From Phoronis australis (taxonomy: Eukaryota; Animalia; Phoronida): a stretch of 64,000 nt of DNA. Positions 1 through 12,682 of this stretch are shown one piece after another. The notes under the pieces are model-generated. The model did no database searches and was not told the DNA's origin. It saw only the letters and a list, made by a program, of their open reading frames with translations. How positions within the stretch are numbered: the first letter of the stretch is position 1; each line of letters begins with the position of its first letter. Made by a program: the position numbers and the translations under genes. The DNA is taken from NCBI GenBank assembly GCA_002633005.1, contig NMRA01000191.1:111641-175640 (forward strand), written 5' to 3'.

Positions 1-310
1 TGATACACAGCAAGACGAAACTCTACGCTGAATTCTTTAAATTGTTGTAAATAGATTGGGACATTTTCATGCAATCCCTCTGATTTAGTCTTGCTTATTT
101 TCATTGAAGTAAGGGCCCAGTTTTCAAGTGTATTTTAAGTAAAAGAGGTGCTTGTATTAAAGGTATTTAAAATTGTTTGAAAAAATATTAGGGAGCAAAC
201 GAAGTCTACAAATGCATTGAAAATTTAAGAAATATTATCGAGTCTATTATTTGGGAGTGTTCCATGCACAGATCCCTCGTTGTGTTCAACTGAGTGTCTG
301 AGTAAATCCT

Positions 311-1490
311 TGTTACTTGGCGAAATTTATTTCGCCAAGTATGTTGCTCTGTCACTTAAGTTTTTTTTTTTTTTTTTTTTNTTCGTCATAATCGGATCCA
401 AGATGGCGGATATGGCGGCCATTTTGTTTCCATTTTAAGATTCAAATACTCCCGGAGGCTATAATGTTGTACGTACGGGGCTGAGAATCAGTGCAATTAT
501 TGAAAAGGGCGCGTGCTACATTTGTACCGGAAATTGTTAACTTCTGGTTAAAGATGGCGGAAATATGGGCAATCGCGCATGCGCACCTTGATTTTGGGAA
601 AAAAACGATTTCTCCTGTAGAGGGCGCATTATAGGCGCAATTCCTCCAAATTTTTGCAGGTGTTTCTTGTGACATTCTATTATTCAGATCTAAAAAACCG
701 GAAGTTGTTTCCAAGAAAGTGGGTTTGGCCCATGTTGACCTATTTTCAGTATTGCTGGAGTGCCATTTTAAACGGGAAGAGAGAATGACGTGAATTTTGC
801 ATGTGGATTCTTTGAAGTATAGCCTTTCAAATGACATGTAACAATTTTTTTCTCAGACTTACTGTTTTTGAGTTATTTGTCTTTGAATTTCTTAAAACAA
901 CGCAGTTTCATTTTTTTCGAAAAATTTACGGAATTGTGTGATACTATCAATTTAGATAGAGTTTTGAACGAGCTTTCAGAAGATATTTTTCATTTTCCGC
1001 TACGACGTCTACTTTTTGAATTATTTGAGATTTTCTGATAGCGCTGTTCCTTTGTTGAGCGCTCTTTCTGCATTGATGTTGGTTAAGCTTCAATTGAACA
1101 AGACTGTAGCCTATTTCTTACTGATTTATGACATCTAAGTTCGTCATATGAATGTCATGATGTTTGTTCATCATCGCCCCAACCATCATCACATTCGTCA
1201 TCATCTCCGTCGTTGTCTTTTCTTTTTGTATTTTGTGTTCACATTTAAGTGTATTTCGAAATACTTTAAGGGACTCTCTTCTCCTACTCCGTGTCGGAAA
1301 TCAAATGATTTAGAATTCGGGCTGTTCACCCACACAAAACTTGTTTCAAACCTTTCCCTGTTGCAATATAAAATTAGTTTTATCCAAACCAACCATTCAG
1401 CGTATTGGTTATTCATTCTCAGTGCTTGGGACTGGTTTTGTTGAACTTTTCAAATTTGTGTATCAAACCGGTGTTTGATGCAGAATTCCC
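311..1490 (+). mobile_element. Non-autonomous Helentron/DINE-1-like element, family A
   Basis: 5' hairpin tacttggcgaaat/atttcgccaagta (314-341), T tract, 3' stem-loop near 1460-1481; internal blocks recur at 51830-52400 and 52700-53240. Confidence 0.55.
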
Positions 1491-2154
1491 TACCAAATGA
1501 AAGTTTGATACAGTAAGGAAATTAACTATAAAAGGGTGCCTCTTCTGACAAAATTCTCTACAAAAGGGTCCAGTTTGGGAGTTCACAAAAACATGCAAAA
1601 GGCTTTATTTTCCTTCTACACAGATCTGTTATCTACATTTTAAAAACTTGTGTCGCGAAAGGTGTACTAGATGTTTTTGACAACATGGCATCTCTTCTTG
1701 TACTGTTTCAGGCTTAGTGGGTTAAAAATTTAGCTGTTCAAGAATTCTTCCAAAAGGCTTAGATTTATGGAATTATTCTCTACATAAGGGTGGTGTTTCT
1801 GCTACAGAACCCTATAAAGAGGTGACTGTGTCGTGCAAGCTTTGGCTGCCCACAAGTGGGTCTCTTTTTCTTGTCCAGTCTGTAACTGGTTAAGTATTTG
1901 TTAAGTGAGCTGATGACACGTAATGTCAGCAAACTTTTCAAAGGTACAAAGTTTGATTTCTGTGCAAACTAGCCCTTCTATTTAGAGTAATGCATGGTAT
2001 TTCCTATTTAGGTCCAGCTTTACACAGACAAATGTCTTTAGCTCTACTTTTGTGCCTTTGCCACAAAAAACAGCTGTTCTATTTCATCCATTTCACAAAT
2101 CACCATGAAATGTGCAATTGCTGCTGCTGTTCATTATGCGTTGTCCTGTTTCAG

Positions 2155-2246
2155 AAATACCTCACAACCCCATGGTGAATGCAGGGGCTGTTCTTCTCTG
2201 TTCACTTCTGAAGTCTGGCGAAAGTTTGGCTGACCGATTTTCTTGG
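2155..2246 (+). CDS. GLS: Glutaminase exon ([30 protein letters not shown])
   Basis: tttcag acceptor, gtatgt donor; [10 protein letters not shown] motif. Confidence 0.93.
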
Positions 2247-5200
2247 GTATGTTTATGAAAATGTTTTCTGATCTTTTTGTAATGTATTGTGCACGTGTCG
2301 TTAACAAAACTGCTAGTGTGAGGTAGAGCAGACAGAAATACTAACTTAAGGTTAATAAATGAAAGGATTTTGTCTGAAAGAGAAGGGTTAGGACATTTAG
2401 ATGTTTCTATGGGGTAGGTCCTCGTTGATGGTAGGGGTTCGTATCCTGTCGCGTTGGGAGGGGAACAATGTCTCTAGGTCATCTGGGAAGACGTCTTTTG
2501 CACTGATAACCGGTGCTGTGATGTGTTTGTTAAATCTTTTTTATATGATCCCTTAAGTGTCCAACTTAGATACATCTCTAAGATTGAAGCTACGTTTCCA
2601 TTTTCTTTTCTATGCAAAGGTGTCTCATGAGTTACTTAGATCTGCGGGAAAAGAATTCATCGGTTTCAGTAACGCTACGTAAGTACTTGACTTGCGCACT
2701 GTTGTGGTAGGAGTAACCATTCTTTACTCAGATGAAAAGTGATTTCAGGGCTTGCAAATAACAGAGTTTGTTGTTACTTGGGTCTATGGCCAGTACATAA
2801 AATGACACGCTGTGACTAGCAAACTTGTTAAGCTGAGTCTCTAGCAATAAGGAAGTGTCAATTCTTTTTAATGCCTGAAATCACCTCCAGTTTTACTAAG
2901 GAATAATTTGAGAGACCAATTTCGTAACAGTAAGTGGTCAAAAAGTGCCAATGTGTAGCATGTACCTAGATTTTAGGAACAATTAGATTCACAGATTTTA
3001 GTAAGTTTTTCAAGCCGGGTAACTGATGTATGAAGTTCTCAAAAAAGGACAAAAACGTGCTTTATTTGTTTTAAAATTGACCACCTACTACTGTAAAATG
3101 GTCTCAACTTATTCCTGAGATGTGATTTCTGGACTTGCACAGTTCATTTTTCGTTGAGATCATGCATGGTACATGAAAGTACACATCATGACAAGCCAGC
3201 TCATCGAGCTTGGTCTCAAGCAATAACAAACTGAAATCACCTCCAATTTGACTATTCAACAATTTGAGACTAGATATTTCATAGCAATCAGTGGTCGAAA
3301 TAAAAAAATTGATTTTTGTGTTGGAAGGCAAGTTTATCGCCGCTTTAAATTCAAAACTCCTTTTTGAATACTATTAGTAAGGACTTTTAGTATTCGGATA
3401 CTAGTAAGGACTTTTAGTATTTGCAAACTAGTAAGCTCTTCTAGTATATGTATACTAGTGAGGACTTTTAGTATTCAGATACTAGTAAGGACTTTTAGTA
3501 TTTGGATACTAGTAAGGAATTAGTATTTGGATACTAGTAAGGACTTTTAGTATTCTGATACTAGTAAGGACTTGTAGTATTTGTACACTAGTAAAAACTT
3601 TTAGTATTTAGATACTAGTAAGGACTTTTAGTATTCAGATACTGGTAAGGACTTTTAGTATTTGGATACTAGTAAGGAATTAGTATTCAGACACTAGTAA
3701 GGACTTTTAGTATTCTGATACTAGTAAGGACTTTTAATATTTGGATACTAGTAAGGAATTAGTATTCGGATACTAGTAAGGACTTTTAGTATTCTGGTAC
3801 TAGTAAGTACTTGTAGTATTCGTATACTAGTAAGGACTTTTAGTATTCGTATACTAGTAAGGACTTTTAGTATTCGGATACTAGTAAGGACTTATAGTAT
3901 TCGTACACTAGTAAGGACTTTTATTATTTGGATAATTATTAATAAAGACTTTTAGTATTCGGATTCTAGTATGGACTTTTAGTATTTTGAAATATGATTT
4001 TGTAACAATGCCATAATTTCAGGTTTCTATCTGAAAGAGAAACTGCTGACAGAAACTTTGCTCTTGGCTATTATATGAAAGAAAATGATGTGAGTGAATG
4101 GGGTTGGATTTGATAATTTATTTTTAGCCTTACTAACTGTTTTGCCATTCTGCCAGTAAGAACTGCTCCGTGTCTGGTTTAAAACATGAACCTCCTGACT
4201 TGTGAACCATCAATACGGGTGACTTTTGAACTATGCTTGGTACAGTTAAATTTGCTAGGAGGTGACTGTGATTGAGTTTTTATGAACCTCTGTAAAATGG
4301 TCAGCTTATACCTACATTTTAGAAACGATTGAGCTTTCCAGTATTTAGCTAGATTTTCGAGAGAAACTAAATTACATATTTCTCAATACAAGAACAAAAA
4401 ATGTGCTTTGTAATTCTTTTCAAAGTTTTCATTGTTGTGAATAAATTACTAAGACACAACCTCTATATTAAAAATGTAATCATTCTATTTACAGTGTTTT
4501 CCTTCAGGCACAGATCTGATACAGACGCTAGATTTCTACTTCCAGGTAAATCTTGCCACAGTCCTGAGCATTATGCTTGCTCGCAATGCTTGCGAGCCGT
4601 CCATTTTTTAACCCAAACTAGGCAACAGTCACATAAAATTCTGGTTTTAATTCTCAAGTGTAAAGGCATAGACCAGTGTTCAGCAAAGCTGTCTTAACTG
4701 TAAAAGCCTTAAATTGGATCTGCTTATTTATAAGTTAAATAAAGTTCAATGCTATGGTTGTTTTAGTTTCTGCACTTAAGATGTTTTAAGAATTTGCCTA
4801 ACTCATTTGTCTACTTTATTGTATAGGACTGATGAAAATTGTACTTTACAGGTACCAACTGTTGTGAAAATTGTATTTCTATTAGCAGACAAAATGCTAC
4901 ATAGATCTTGTTTGGTCATTCGTGCTATTAGATATCTTTTTCAAAATCGAAAAGTTTTCAAAATCCATCCTGCCTTTCCTTTTCATCCATTGCTTGTGAA
5001 CTTACAGATGTGCTCCATAGAGGTCACTTGCGAATCTGCTGCTGTCATGGCGTCGACTTTGGCTAATGGTGGAATTTGCCCAATCACAGACGAGTCAGTG
5101 TTTGGTGCCACATCTGTTCGCAACACACTTTCCCTCATGCACTCCTGTGGCATGTACGACTATTCAGGCCAGTTTGCATTCAGTGTGAGTACCAACATAG

Positions 5201-8200
5201 AGAACTTGCGACTGATAACAACATAAGCTCAGACATTTATTCTTTCAGCCATAGTAACAATGAATAGAAATGAATCTATTCTTCCAGACAACTGTTCCTG
5301 TATTTAATATAAGAAACTTAACTGGATGTTTTAAAGAATTTCAAAATTGACATTTATGTCCCAAACAACTAGCATGTTTTCCGCATGACTAATGATTTCG
5401 AAGAATCTAACTCTAAATTTCTTAGTATTAGTGAAAACTAAGGTTTGTAATTAGTTACTCGTCTTCTCTTCTTTCCTAGGTCGGGCTACCCTCCAAGTCA
5501 GGGGTCTCCGGTGCTATCCTTGTTGTGATTCCCAACGTGATGGGCATCTGTCTTTGGTCGCCACCTCTTGATACCTATGGTAACTCATGCCGAGGACTAC
5601 AGTTCTGTGATGTAAATAACAATACTAACATAACATTAACATGGCTGTCTTTAAAGCCTATCTCGAAGGGATTGTTATTATTCTAAATGTGTTTGACTTT
5701 CCGGATAGTCCGAGCAATGCTTTAGCAATGCACAACAAAACACAATTTAAACACTTGGGCAAGTCAGTTGGTACATGAGGTAGCCTTTTCATGCTATATT
5801 GTGTCATTATGGTAAAAAGCAAAAAAAAGATTGACCAATGAACACAGTAGTTTTGAACATTCGCTGGTGCCCTCGGTAGAAGTGCGTATCTGTCTCGGGT
5901 ACTGGAATACATTAAATGGAACACCGATGTAAGCGGATGTTGCTCACCTATGTAAAAGTCTAGTAATACGCCTGATTGATAAGTACATTTATTTTGTCAA
6001 ATTGTGACTCCACTGTGGTCTGAGTGGTGTTTTAACGTATTGTAGGAACTATATGTTGCCCTTCAAGGTAAGGTTTTGAACCATTGCCTTTCCACCGTAC
6101 CTATCCTCATTCCTCTAAGATGGATAGGTTCATAGACATCTTAATACAAAGTCAGTCACCTACTTTGCTCTTTTTTTTGTTGCGGTACACTAATTTTTGC
6201 AGGAATAGTACAATTTTTATGTGCCCACTTATTTATATGTGGCTGCATAATGCCGTCATCTCTGTCTGGGCATCAGGCATCTGCTACTGCATTTTGTAAA
6301 TGCCTTACAGGATCTTATGAACTTTTGCATGTGTTTCCCCATAAACGTGACAATGGCTGCCCATGACTTTTTTGATGGCTCTAACTACTGCAGTGTCCCC
6401 TAGTGACAATTTTATTTTGTATGCTTGGCTCTATATCTTTGGAATTCCCTGGTGGATTTTGAGAAATAGTTTTGTATTAGACTATGACCCCTTTCCAATT
6501 TTGGATGGATTTGAGGTATTCTGTGCCATCTATTGGCCATTTTTATGATACTGGAAACACTCCAGATAGCACACTATATGCGATGCAGTTGTGGGTACAT
6601 TTCGCATTGCTCTTATAACAATTACAATAGTCTTTTGTTAAAATGTTTCAAGTTCAATGCATATTTTATGGTACGTCATGCGGGCATTTTAATTTACACC
6701 TAATTCAACATAACACAATTATTAAGCTTTGCTTTGCTTTGCGGACCACAAAAATGATAAATACGAATGCAAGGAATAATTTCAAACAGTATTGGATGTT
6801 TCACTGCTTGATAATGCTGCAGTTATGGCGCAAGAGCTTGTATGCTTCAGATTGGTTTCCTGTTCTGTAAGTTTATGAATCTCATTTTTCATGGATCATG
6901 ACATCTTACTTCTTTCTTTAAAGAAAACACTAATCTTTGAGAATGCTTCTAAGAGAATTCAGGGTGGTAAGGAGTATTTACTAAATAGACTGAGTGTACT
7001 TTTAACAAAAAATGTGATTTTGGATGTAACAATTTATAAATCTATGGGCGGATTTAGGATGCCGCGTGTAGAGTCCATCCACGATTTTTTATCTGAAAAA
7101 ATGTTCACTTAACCTCTAAAACCGCACAATCATGTCTCAACCGGGGGACCCAGATCTCCTGGGACTGCCCCTTAAATATGCCTGTTAAATTTTGTGGAAA
7201 AAGACTTAATTCACCTGGATAAATGGTCATCTACATTTTGATTCTCGTTCACTAAATGCTAGTAGTGTGCGAGACTGGCAGAAAAAAAATCTTGGTATAT
7301 ACAATGGCAATAGTAAGTATTCAGTGTCTTAACATACCATTTTTTCCTAATTGACATAGCTGCAGTGTCCAATCTCCTTCAGTGGCGGCGATTCTGCTTG
7401 TGTGTGCTAATCAAGTTGCAAGCTTACTTGCAAAGCACTAGCTTGATCTAGCGTTACACTATCATGATCACTGTGTCATTGTTTGACCCAGGAGCTGGTG
7501 AACAAGTTCAACTTTCATAATTACGACAACCTGAAGAACACAGAACGTAAGAAAGACCCCAGGAATGTCGACATGACTGACCAAGCTTATGATGTTGTGC
7601 AGCTGTTGTTTGGAGCTTACCATGGTGATATCAGTACCATACGGAGGTAGGTGATAGGGGATATAGGGGACATCCTTACATGGTATCAGTTTTATACCAC
7701 GGTAGGTGATAAACCAAACATCCTTATGGTGATGTCAGCACCATATGACTAGATAATAAGGGATATAGCAATCTTAGCACAGTGATGTCAGTGCCATACA
7801 ATGGTAGGTGGTAGCAGATATAGAAGATGATATCACAGTGATATCAGTACCATATGACGGTAGGTGATATAAGCAAACATCCTTACCATGGGGTTATCAG
7901 TAACACACCTTGGTAGGTGATAAAGTAGACATGCTTACCATGGTGATATCAGCACCATAGGGTGGTAGGTGATATAGTGAACATCTTACTACGGTGATAT
8001 CAGTACCATATGACGGTAGGTGATAATGTATACACTCAGTCAAATCAAGTTACACCGAACCCTCTGTGACTTGCCAAATCGACTTCTGAACTATACATTT
8101 GGGTTGGAACACTATGAGCAAGCAAACCTTTCAAGGCGGGAATGTTGTAATGCAGTTTGTATAACTGACATCAGTACCACAGTAGCATCAGAATCATGTG

Positions 8201-9685
8201 ATAAGGGACAGTAGACATCCTACAATTACATACAACTGTTCAGTGCAGTAAAAGCACAAAGAACCTCTGCTTCATCTGGTCTTAATGTTGTTGGACTGGT
8301 TTATCAAATAAAGTGAATGTAATTGACTGTTCTCTTCTGTGTATCACATGGTAACACTACAGGATCTCTGTTCCTCATGTTGTCATGCAGTGATTAGGAG
8401 AGAAGCTTATTGTTCGCCAAAACTGTCTGAAATTGCAAAATCATGTGCACTTGTCTGGTACTGTCAGAATTTAATTAACTATAATTGTTGCATCCTCTGA
8501 AAGTGCAGCTATTTTTTGTAATGATTGCAAAAACTGGTTAATACCTTTGTCATTACATAGAAATTATTAGTCGTGCTTTTTGTTAGTTTTGTGAACTCCT
8601 TAGGCATTGAATGTTCTTGACCAGATTTGAAATCTGCCCTTCAACTATCCTTCAGGTACATGTTGAAAGGTATGGACATGGATTGCGTGGACTATGACCA
8701 GAGGACAGCGCTTCATGTGGCAGCCAGCGAGGGACACTACGATATTGTACACTACTTACTGGAGAGGTGTAAGGTCAAGCCCAACCCCAGGGACAGGTGG
8801 GTGGAGTGGATGTAGGTGGGGATCCAGGGTGATGACTAGATGGGTGTCTGACAGTGGACGGACATGGGTTTGAACCTCTTGTATTTGCACCTTAGACTAG
8901 TTTAACTAGTCCCGTACAATGCGCCCAAAAAATTAAGAGCCAAAGTGAGCTGTAGAGCACAGACGAAATTCCCCACCATATGAATCCTGTGCAAGCGGCC
9001 GGAGTAAACAAATTGGCGAGTCATGACGACCCCTTTTTTGTCAAGACGAAATTTAATTGTCTAGTTATTTTCTGCCTACTGTATATATTTGAGGCATGAG
9101 AGGAAGATCGCCTTCATGTAAACATTTTTGCCATGGTTAATTCTTCTAAATCTGCATTTCGGGATTTCAAATTGAACATGTGTTGCTATAAGAATTAAAT
9201 ACCTCCGTACACTACCAGGTAGCAGCACATTAGTGTCACAAGCACTTATAAATGTATTTAGACTCATTGGTTGGGTGATGGGGTAAAACATCTAGAAATT
9301 CAGACATACATTGTTACATAATTAAATATCTATTTTTAAATTTAGCTATGCCTGTTTTGTGTGCATATAGTACTGTCTTACAGTTTGCACAATCATGAAA
9401 GTTTTCTAGTAACGTGTACAGAGCTTGCCTATAAGAATACCAATTTGTAATTCAAGAATTAATCCAAGTCTTTGACGTGTCATTCTATTCATCCTTAATA
9501 CAATGATGCTGTTATTTAACTAAGGTACATGTTAATTAGGACTACCCATACATGTCTGTCCTTCAATTTGTAGGTGGGGATCCACTCCACTGGATGAAGC
9601 CAAAAAGTTCAACAAAACTGACATAGTACAACTACTTGAGAGTTATGAAGAGAAAATTGCAGCTAAGACAAGCGAGCTTTCTTGA
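2155..9685 (+). CDS. GLS: Glutaminase, kidney/KGA-type with C-terminal ankyrin repeats; 3' part of a spliced gene (5' exons lie upstream of the window)
   Basis: Nine GT-AG exons join in frame: 2155-2246, 2620-2678, 4023-4089, 4495-4545, 5008-5184, 5480-5611, 7492-7646, 8656-8796, 9574-9685. Glutaminase motifs [51 protein letters not shown]; ankyrin motif [16 protein letters not shown]; stop TGA at 9683-9685. Confidence 0.96.
2620..2678 (+). CDS. GLS: Glutaminase exon ([20 protein letters not shown])
   Basis: aag acceptor, gtaagt donor; GFSNAT motif, phase fits both neighbours. Confidence 0.9.
3372..3990. repeat. 27-bp minisatellite (tagtaaggacttttagtattcggatac), about 22 copies, in a glutaminase intron
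   Basis: Directly visible tandem array with shorter variant units. Confidence 0.95.
4023..4089 (+). CDS. GLS: Glutaminase exon ([22 protein letters not shown])
   Basis: tttcag acceptor, gtgagt donor; conserved DRNFA motif. Confidence 0.93.
4495..4545 (+). CDS. GLS: Glutaminase exon ([17 protein letters not shown])
   Basis: ttacag acceptor, gtaaat donor; CFP...LDFYFQ motif. Confidence 0.93.
5008..5184 (+). CDS. GLS: Glutaminase exon ([22 protein letters not shown]...[14 protein letters not shown])
   Basis: ttacag acceptor, gtgagt donor; catalytic-domain motifs. Confidence 0.95.
5480..5611 (+). CDS. GLS: Glutaminase exon ([44 protein letters not shown])
   Basis: cctag acceptor, gtaaat donor; GLPxKSGVxG and SPPLD..GNS motifs. 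Confidence 0.95.
6213..6560 (+). mobile_element. Degenerate copy of Helentron/DINE-1-like family B
   Basis: tttttatgtgcccacttatttatatgtggctgcataatgccgtcatctc is the reverse complement of the family B end at 18380-18425. Confidence 0.6.
7492..7646 (+). CDS. GLS: Glutaminase exon ([15 protein letters not shown]...[15 protein letters not shown])
   Basis: cccag acceptor, gtaggt donor; FHNYDNL motif and start of the ankyrin region. Confidence 0.93.
7616..8028 (+). repeat. Degenerate ~50-55 bp tandem repeat of the glutaminase exon end plus 5' splice site, 8 units
   Basis: Unit cttaccatggtgatatcagtaccatacggag|gtaggtgat; the first copy is the real exon/intron junction. Confidence 0.9.
8656..8796 (+). 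CDS. GLS: Glutaminase ankyrin exon ([47 protein letters not shown])
   Basis: ttcag acceptor, gtgggt donor; ankyrin consensus. Confidence 0.94.
9574..9685 (+). CDS. GLS: Glutaminase last coding exon ([36 protein letters not shown])
   Basis: ttgtag acceptor; WGxTPLDEA ankyrin motif; TGA stop. Confidence 0.93.
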
Positions 9686-10149
9686 CCTCGAAACAAAACC
9701 TGTCCAGTTGAAATCAAATTATTTCCTTATTTAAATGGGCATTAAATTCTATTATATTTATGAAGAGATTGTGAACCTTAACCGTGATGTGTTCAGTAAG
9801 TTTAGGCTAGTTTCTTGCAAGTTTGACTAGATCTTGCTAGTCTTCGCCAGTCTAATCTTTTCACTTTCTATGTGTTCATCCTTGTTTGTCAGCCTTCAAA
9901 AGTTATTGCATGGTCGTCTTTGAAAAACGGAATTGTTGTGCAGTGTGTTTACACTTAACCAGAGTGTTGAAGGTTTATTGTGTGGTTTTCATTGAAGGAT
10001 GTACAGCATAATTATTTAAACTGGTTTTAAACCCACCTTCTATGATCAAAAACACTTAATTTTGATTCAGACCACTTACCACTCAACTTACTCGGCCAGG
10101 GCTTGGAACGACCCATGATAAAAATGACGTATTTTTCTACAAATAAATA

Positions 10150-10330
10150 GGGTCATGTGATAGAAATATTTTGTGTTGTGAAGTTTAACCGCAAGAAACA
10201 TTTTTGCTTAAGTAAAGTCAAAATAATGATAAAAAGAGACTTAAAGTAAAAGGAAACTGGAAATCAAATAAGAGGAAATCGAAACCAAAACACAGGAAAT
10301 CCTCATTGTTAAAAGAGGAAAATTCCACAC
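10150..10330 (+). repeat. Interspersed repeat fragment with a second copy at about 44445-44610
   Basis: gtgatagaaatattt..tgtgttgt...aaagtcaaaataa...ggaaatcctc shared by both sites. Confidence 0.6.
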
Positions 10331-12258
10331 CCAGATCGTTACTCAGGTTAAATGCGATTTCTTAGAAAAAATGTCCATTTTATTATTGCTTCAGACCTCA
10401 GTTTCCAGTAGCAATGTGCTATCAGGTCTTTACAGGACCAGGAATCTCTTCTCGTTTGAGCAAAGGCGCCGTCAAACTATAGCGAATGCAAGAATCGAAA
10501 GTAAATGACTTGCAAAATCTTTTATACATTCAATATTCCTGGAGAATGGCTCAACGAGAGAATATATGGAGGGAATTCATACCGAATAGCAATAAATTCG
10601 AAGCATCAGTTAGACAAAATCAGCGTATTCAAGTGAATGTCAAAAATTTCTCATACTCACGTGTTTGCCGAGTTGTATTGTGATGAAGCCTTGGAGAACA
10701 AATTTTGACCAGTATTGTAACAATAAGTGGTTTAAGTCAATAGTGTTTTAGACAAGGAGGGTTCTTACCAGCTTTGATTTCTTAACTGTTGTTTTTTGAC
10801 CTCATGTTAGATCTACATTCTCTGTAGTTTAAAGTGTTCTGTACACATTTTACATTTATCCTGCTGTTTTACAGTGTTAAAGAACTTTACTGTATAAAAA
10901 TTTTGTGTTACTGTCTGTCATCATAGAAACCTTACACAGTAATTGCCACTTTGATGAGTGTACAAAACACTCTTTTTCCTCACCTGAAAGGAATACAAAA
11001 TGTTATTTTTACTGGCCAGCATTAATTAAACACTGTGACTGTATTAAGTGTCACCGTTGTTGTTCATCAGTTCACTGCATTAAATAGAGTGATTATTATC
11101 GAAAAATTCTCCGTGTAGTTTTGTTGTAAAAAAAGCAACAGATTGAGCATTGGAATTTTTTTTTTCGCTTCATAATTTTTCGGACATCAAAAGTGAATGC
11201 TTGGAGTATGCCTCATTCCCTCATCTCTCAAAGCACTGATTTCATACACTTATGAATGGTGAGTCGTATGTGTCAATGGAGGTATGGAGATATGTGAACC
11301 TTGTGTAAAAAATCGTATTTTATTCCCTAGTGGTTTGGGCTACTATTGCCATTACATTTCTGAGATTAGCACTTGCTGTGTATATCTTCTTTTATTTGAC
11401 TAGTTTTACATCTTTTTCAGTATATTCCGTTCCTTAGTGTATTGTTTTGTTCTGGGTTTACTGTTACAGTATTTAATGGTTATTACCTTGAGGAACCATC
11501 AAATCTCATTATCAAACTATGCTGTTGGATTACGAAGCAGTTTTGAGTTGTTTCAATACAACGTTTAATAGAAGAAGTGGGGAAGTACGGCAAGTTAGAA
11601 CTGTTAGTTTAGCAGGATTTTACTATGAGGTAGGCATTTCATGAGGAACCTAGTACAGGCAAAAATTGACTGTGGGAGTGATTGTATAACACTTCCAGTT
11701 TACTAAATGCAACTGTCCTGCTGCTTGGTCACATTGTGTAATCCTTTATGGCACCTCATTGTCATAAGACTATGTGCCTGTTGACAGCAGAGCCAGGTGG
11801 CTCTCTATTGTGTTAGCAGGGAAGGAGGTAATTAAAACTTGTCCTTCAGTTGTCAATTGGTTTTTTGTTTGAATTTACAATTGTCTGTCACTTTAATTCG
11901 TTAAGCGGATCTTTGAAAGTTTGCTCTGTTGCTCTTCAAATTTTTCCATAATACTGTCAGCTTATAAAATAATTGCATATCATTGTATCTAAAACATAAT
12001 CAAACCTTCTATTGACTAAAAATCCAATTTCTGCCAAATTGAGGCAACATGACTAGAACTGATGTTGGCACTCAGTGATGGTCAATGATTTGAAAACATG
12101 ATTTTGAGAATTGACAATGTATATTTTAGAAAAGATCTGAATCATGCTCACAAAAGAATGTAATTAGTTTATGCACTAAGCACATGTAATTGTATTACAC
12201 TGTATGCTACCTCATTTTCTGCTAAACTAGATTGCTGTTGGAAATGTTTGCACAACTA

Positions 12259-12682
12259 TAGTCCTGTTTACACATAAACTTTTGGCCCGGAACAACTGAC
12301 ACGGAGCAACTTGATCGGTGTCAAGTGGCCGTTTACACATGCAATTTCATTAGCTGTGGCAAGACAGAAATTGTACACTGGAGAGTGTAATACACATGCG
12401 CAGGTTTTCAAATAGCGGGAGTTGCAGAGACAGAGACCCCGTATGTAGGTCATTGCTCAAGCGCAGTAGAGATGATCCTTGCCGCCTTGTCCCAGTTTCG
12501 TGTTTAGACATATAATTGACTCCGAGCAAGATGTTCGAGTGCAAATTGCCCCACCTCACAAACAGGTGGCAAAAGTTGTCACTGTAGTGTCAATTTGCTC
12601 TATGTCAGTCCCGTTTACACACTGGAACATCTCGTTCTGTGTCAGCTGATCCACGTCAACTTTTGTAGTGTAAACGGCACTA
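12259..12682. mobile_element. MITE with (cc)gtttacac terminal inverted repeats (PIF/Harbinger-like); inverted partial copy at 53248-53460
   Basis: Left agtcctgtttacac, right gtgtaaacggcact; 53248-53460 is the reverse complement of about 12465-12680. Confidence 0.6.

Noticed and set aside
442-1444. ORFs of 131, 98 and 71 aa
   Set aside because: They lie within a multi-copy non-autonomous repeat and have no recognisable motifs.
3372-3990. CRISPR-like regular repeats (also 7616-8028 and 61343-62020)
   Set aside because: Units are adjacent with no unique spacers, there are no cas genes, and the context is eukaryotic.
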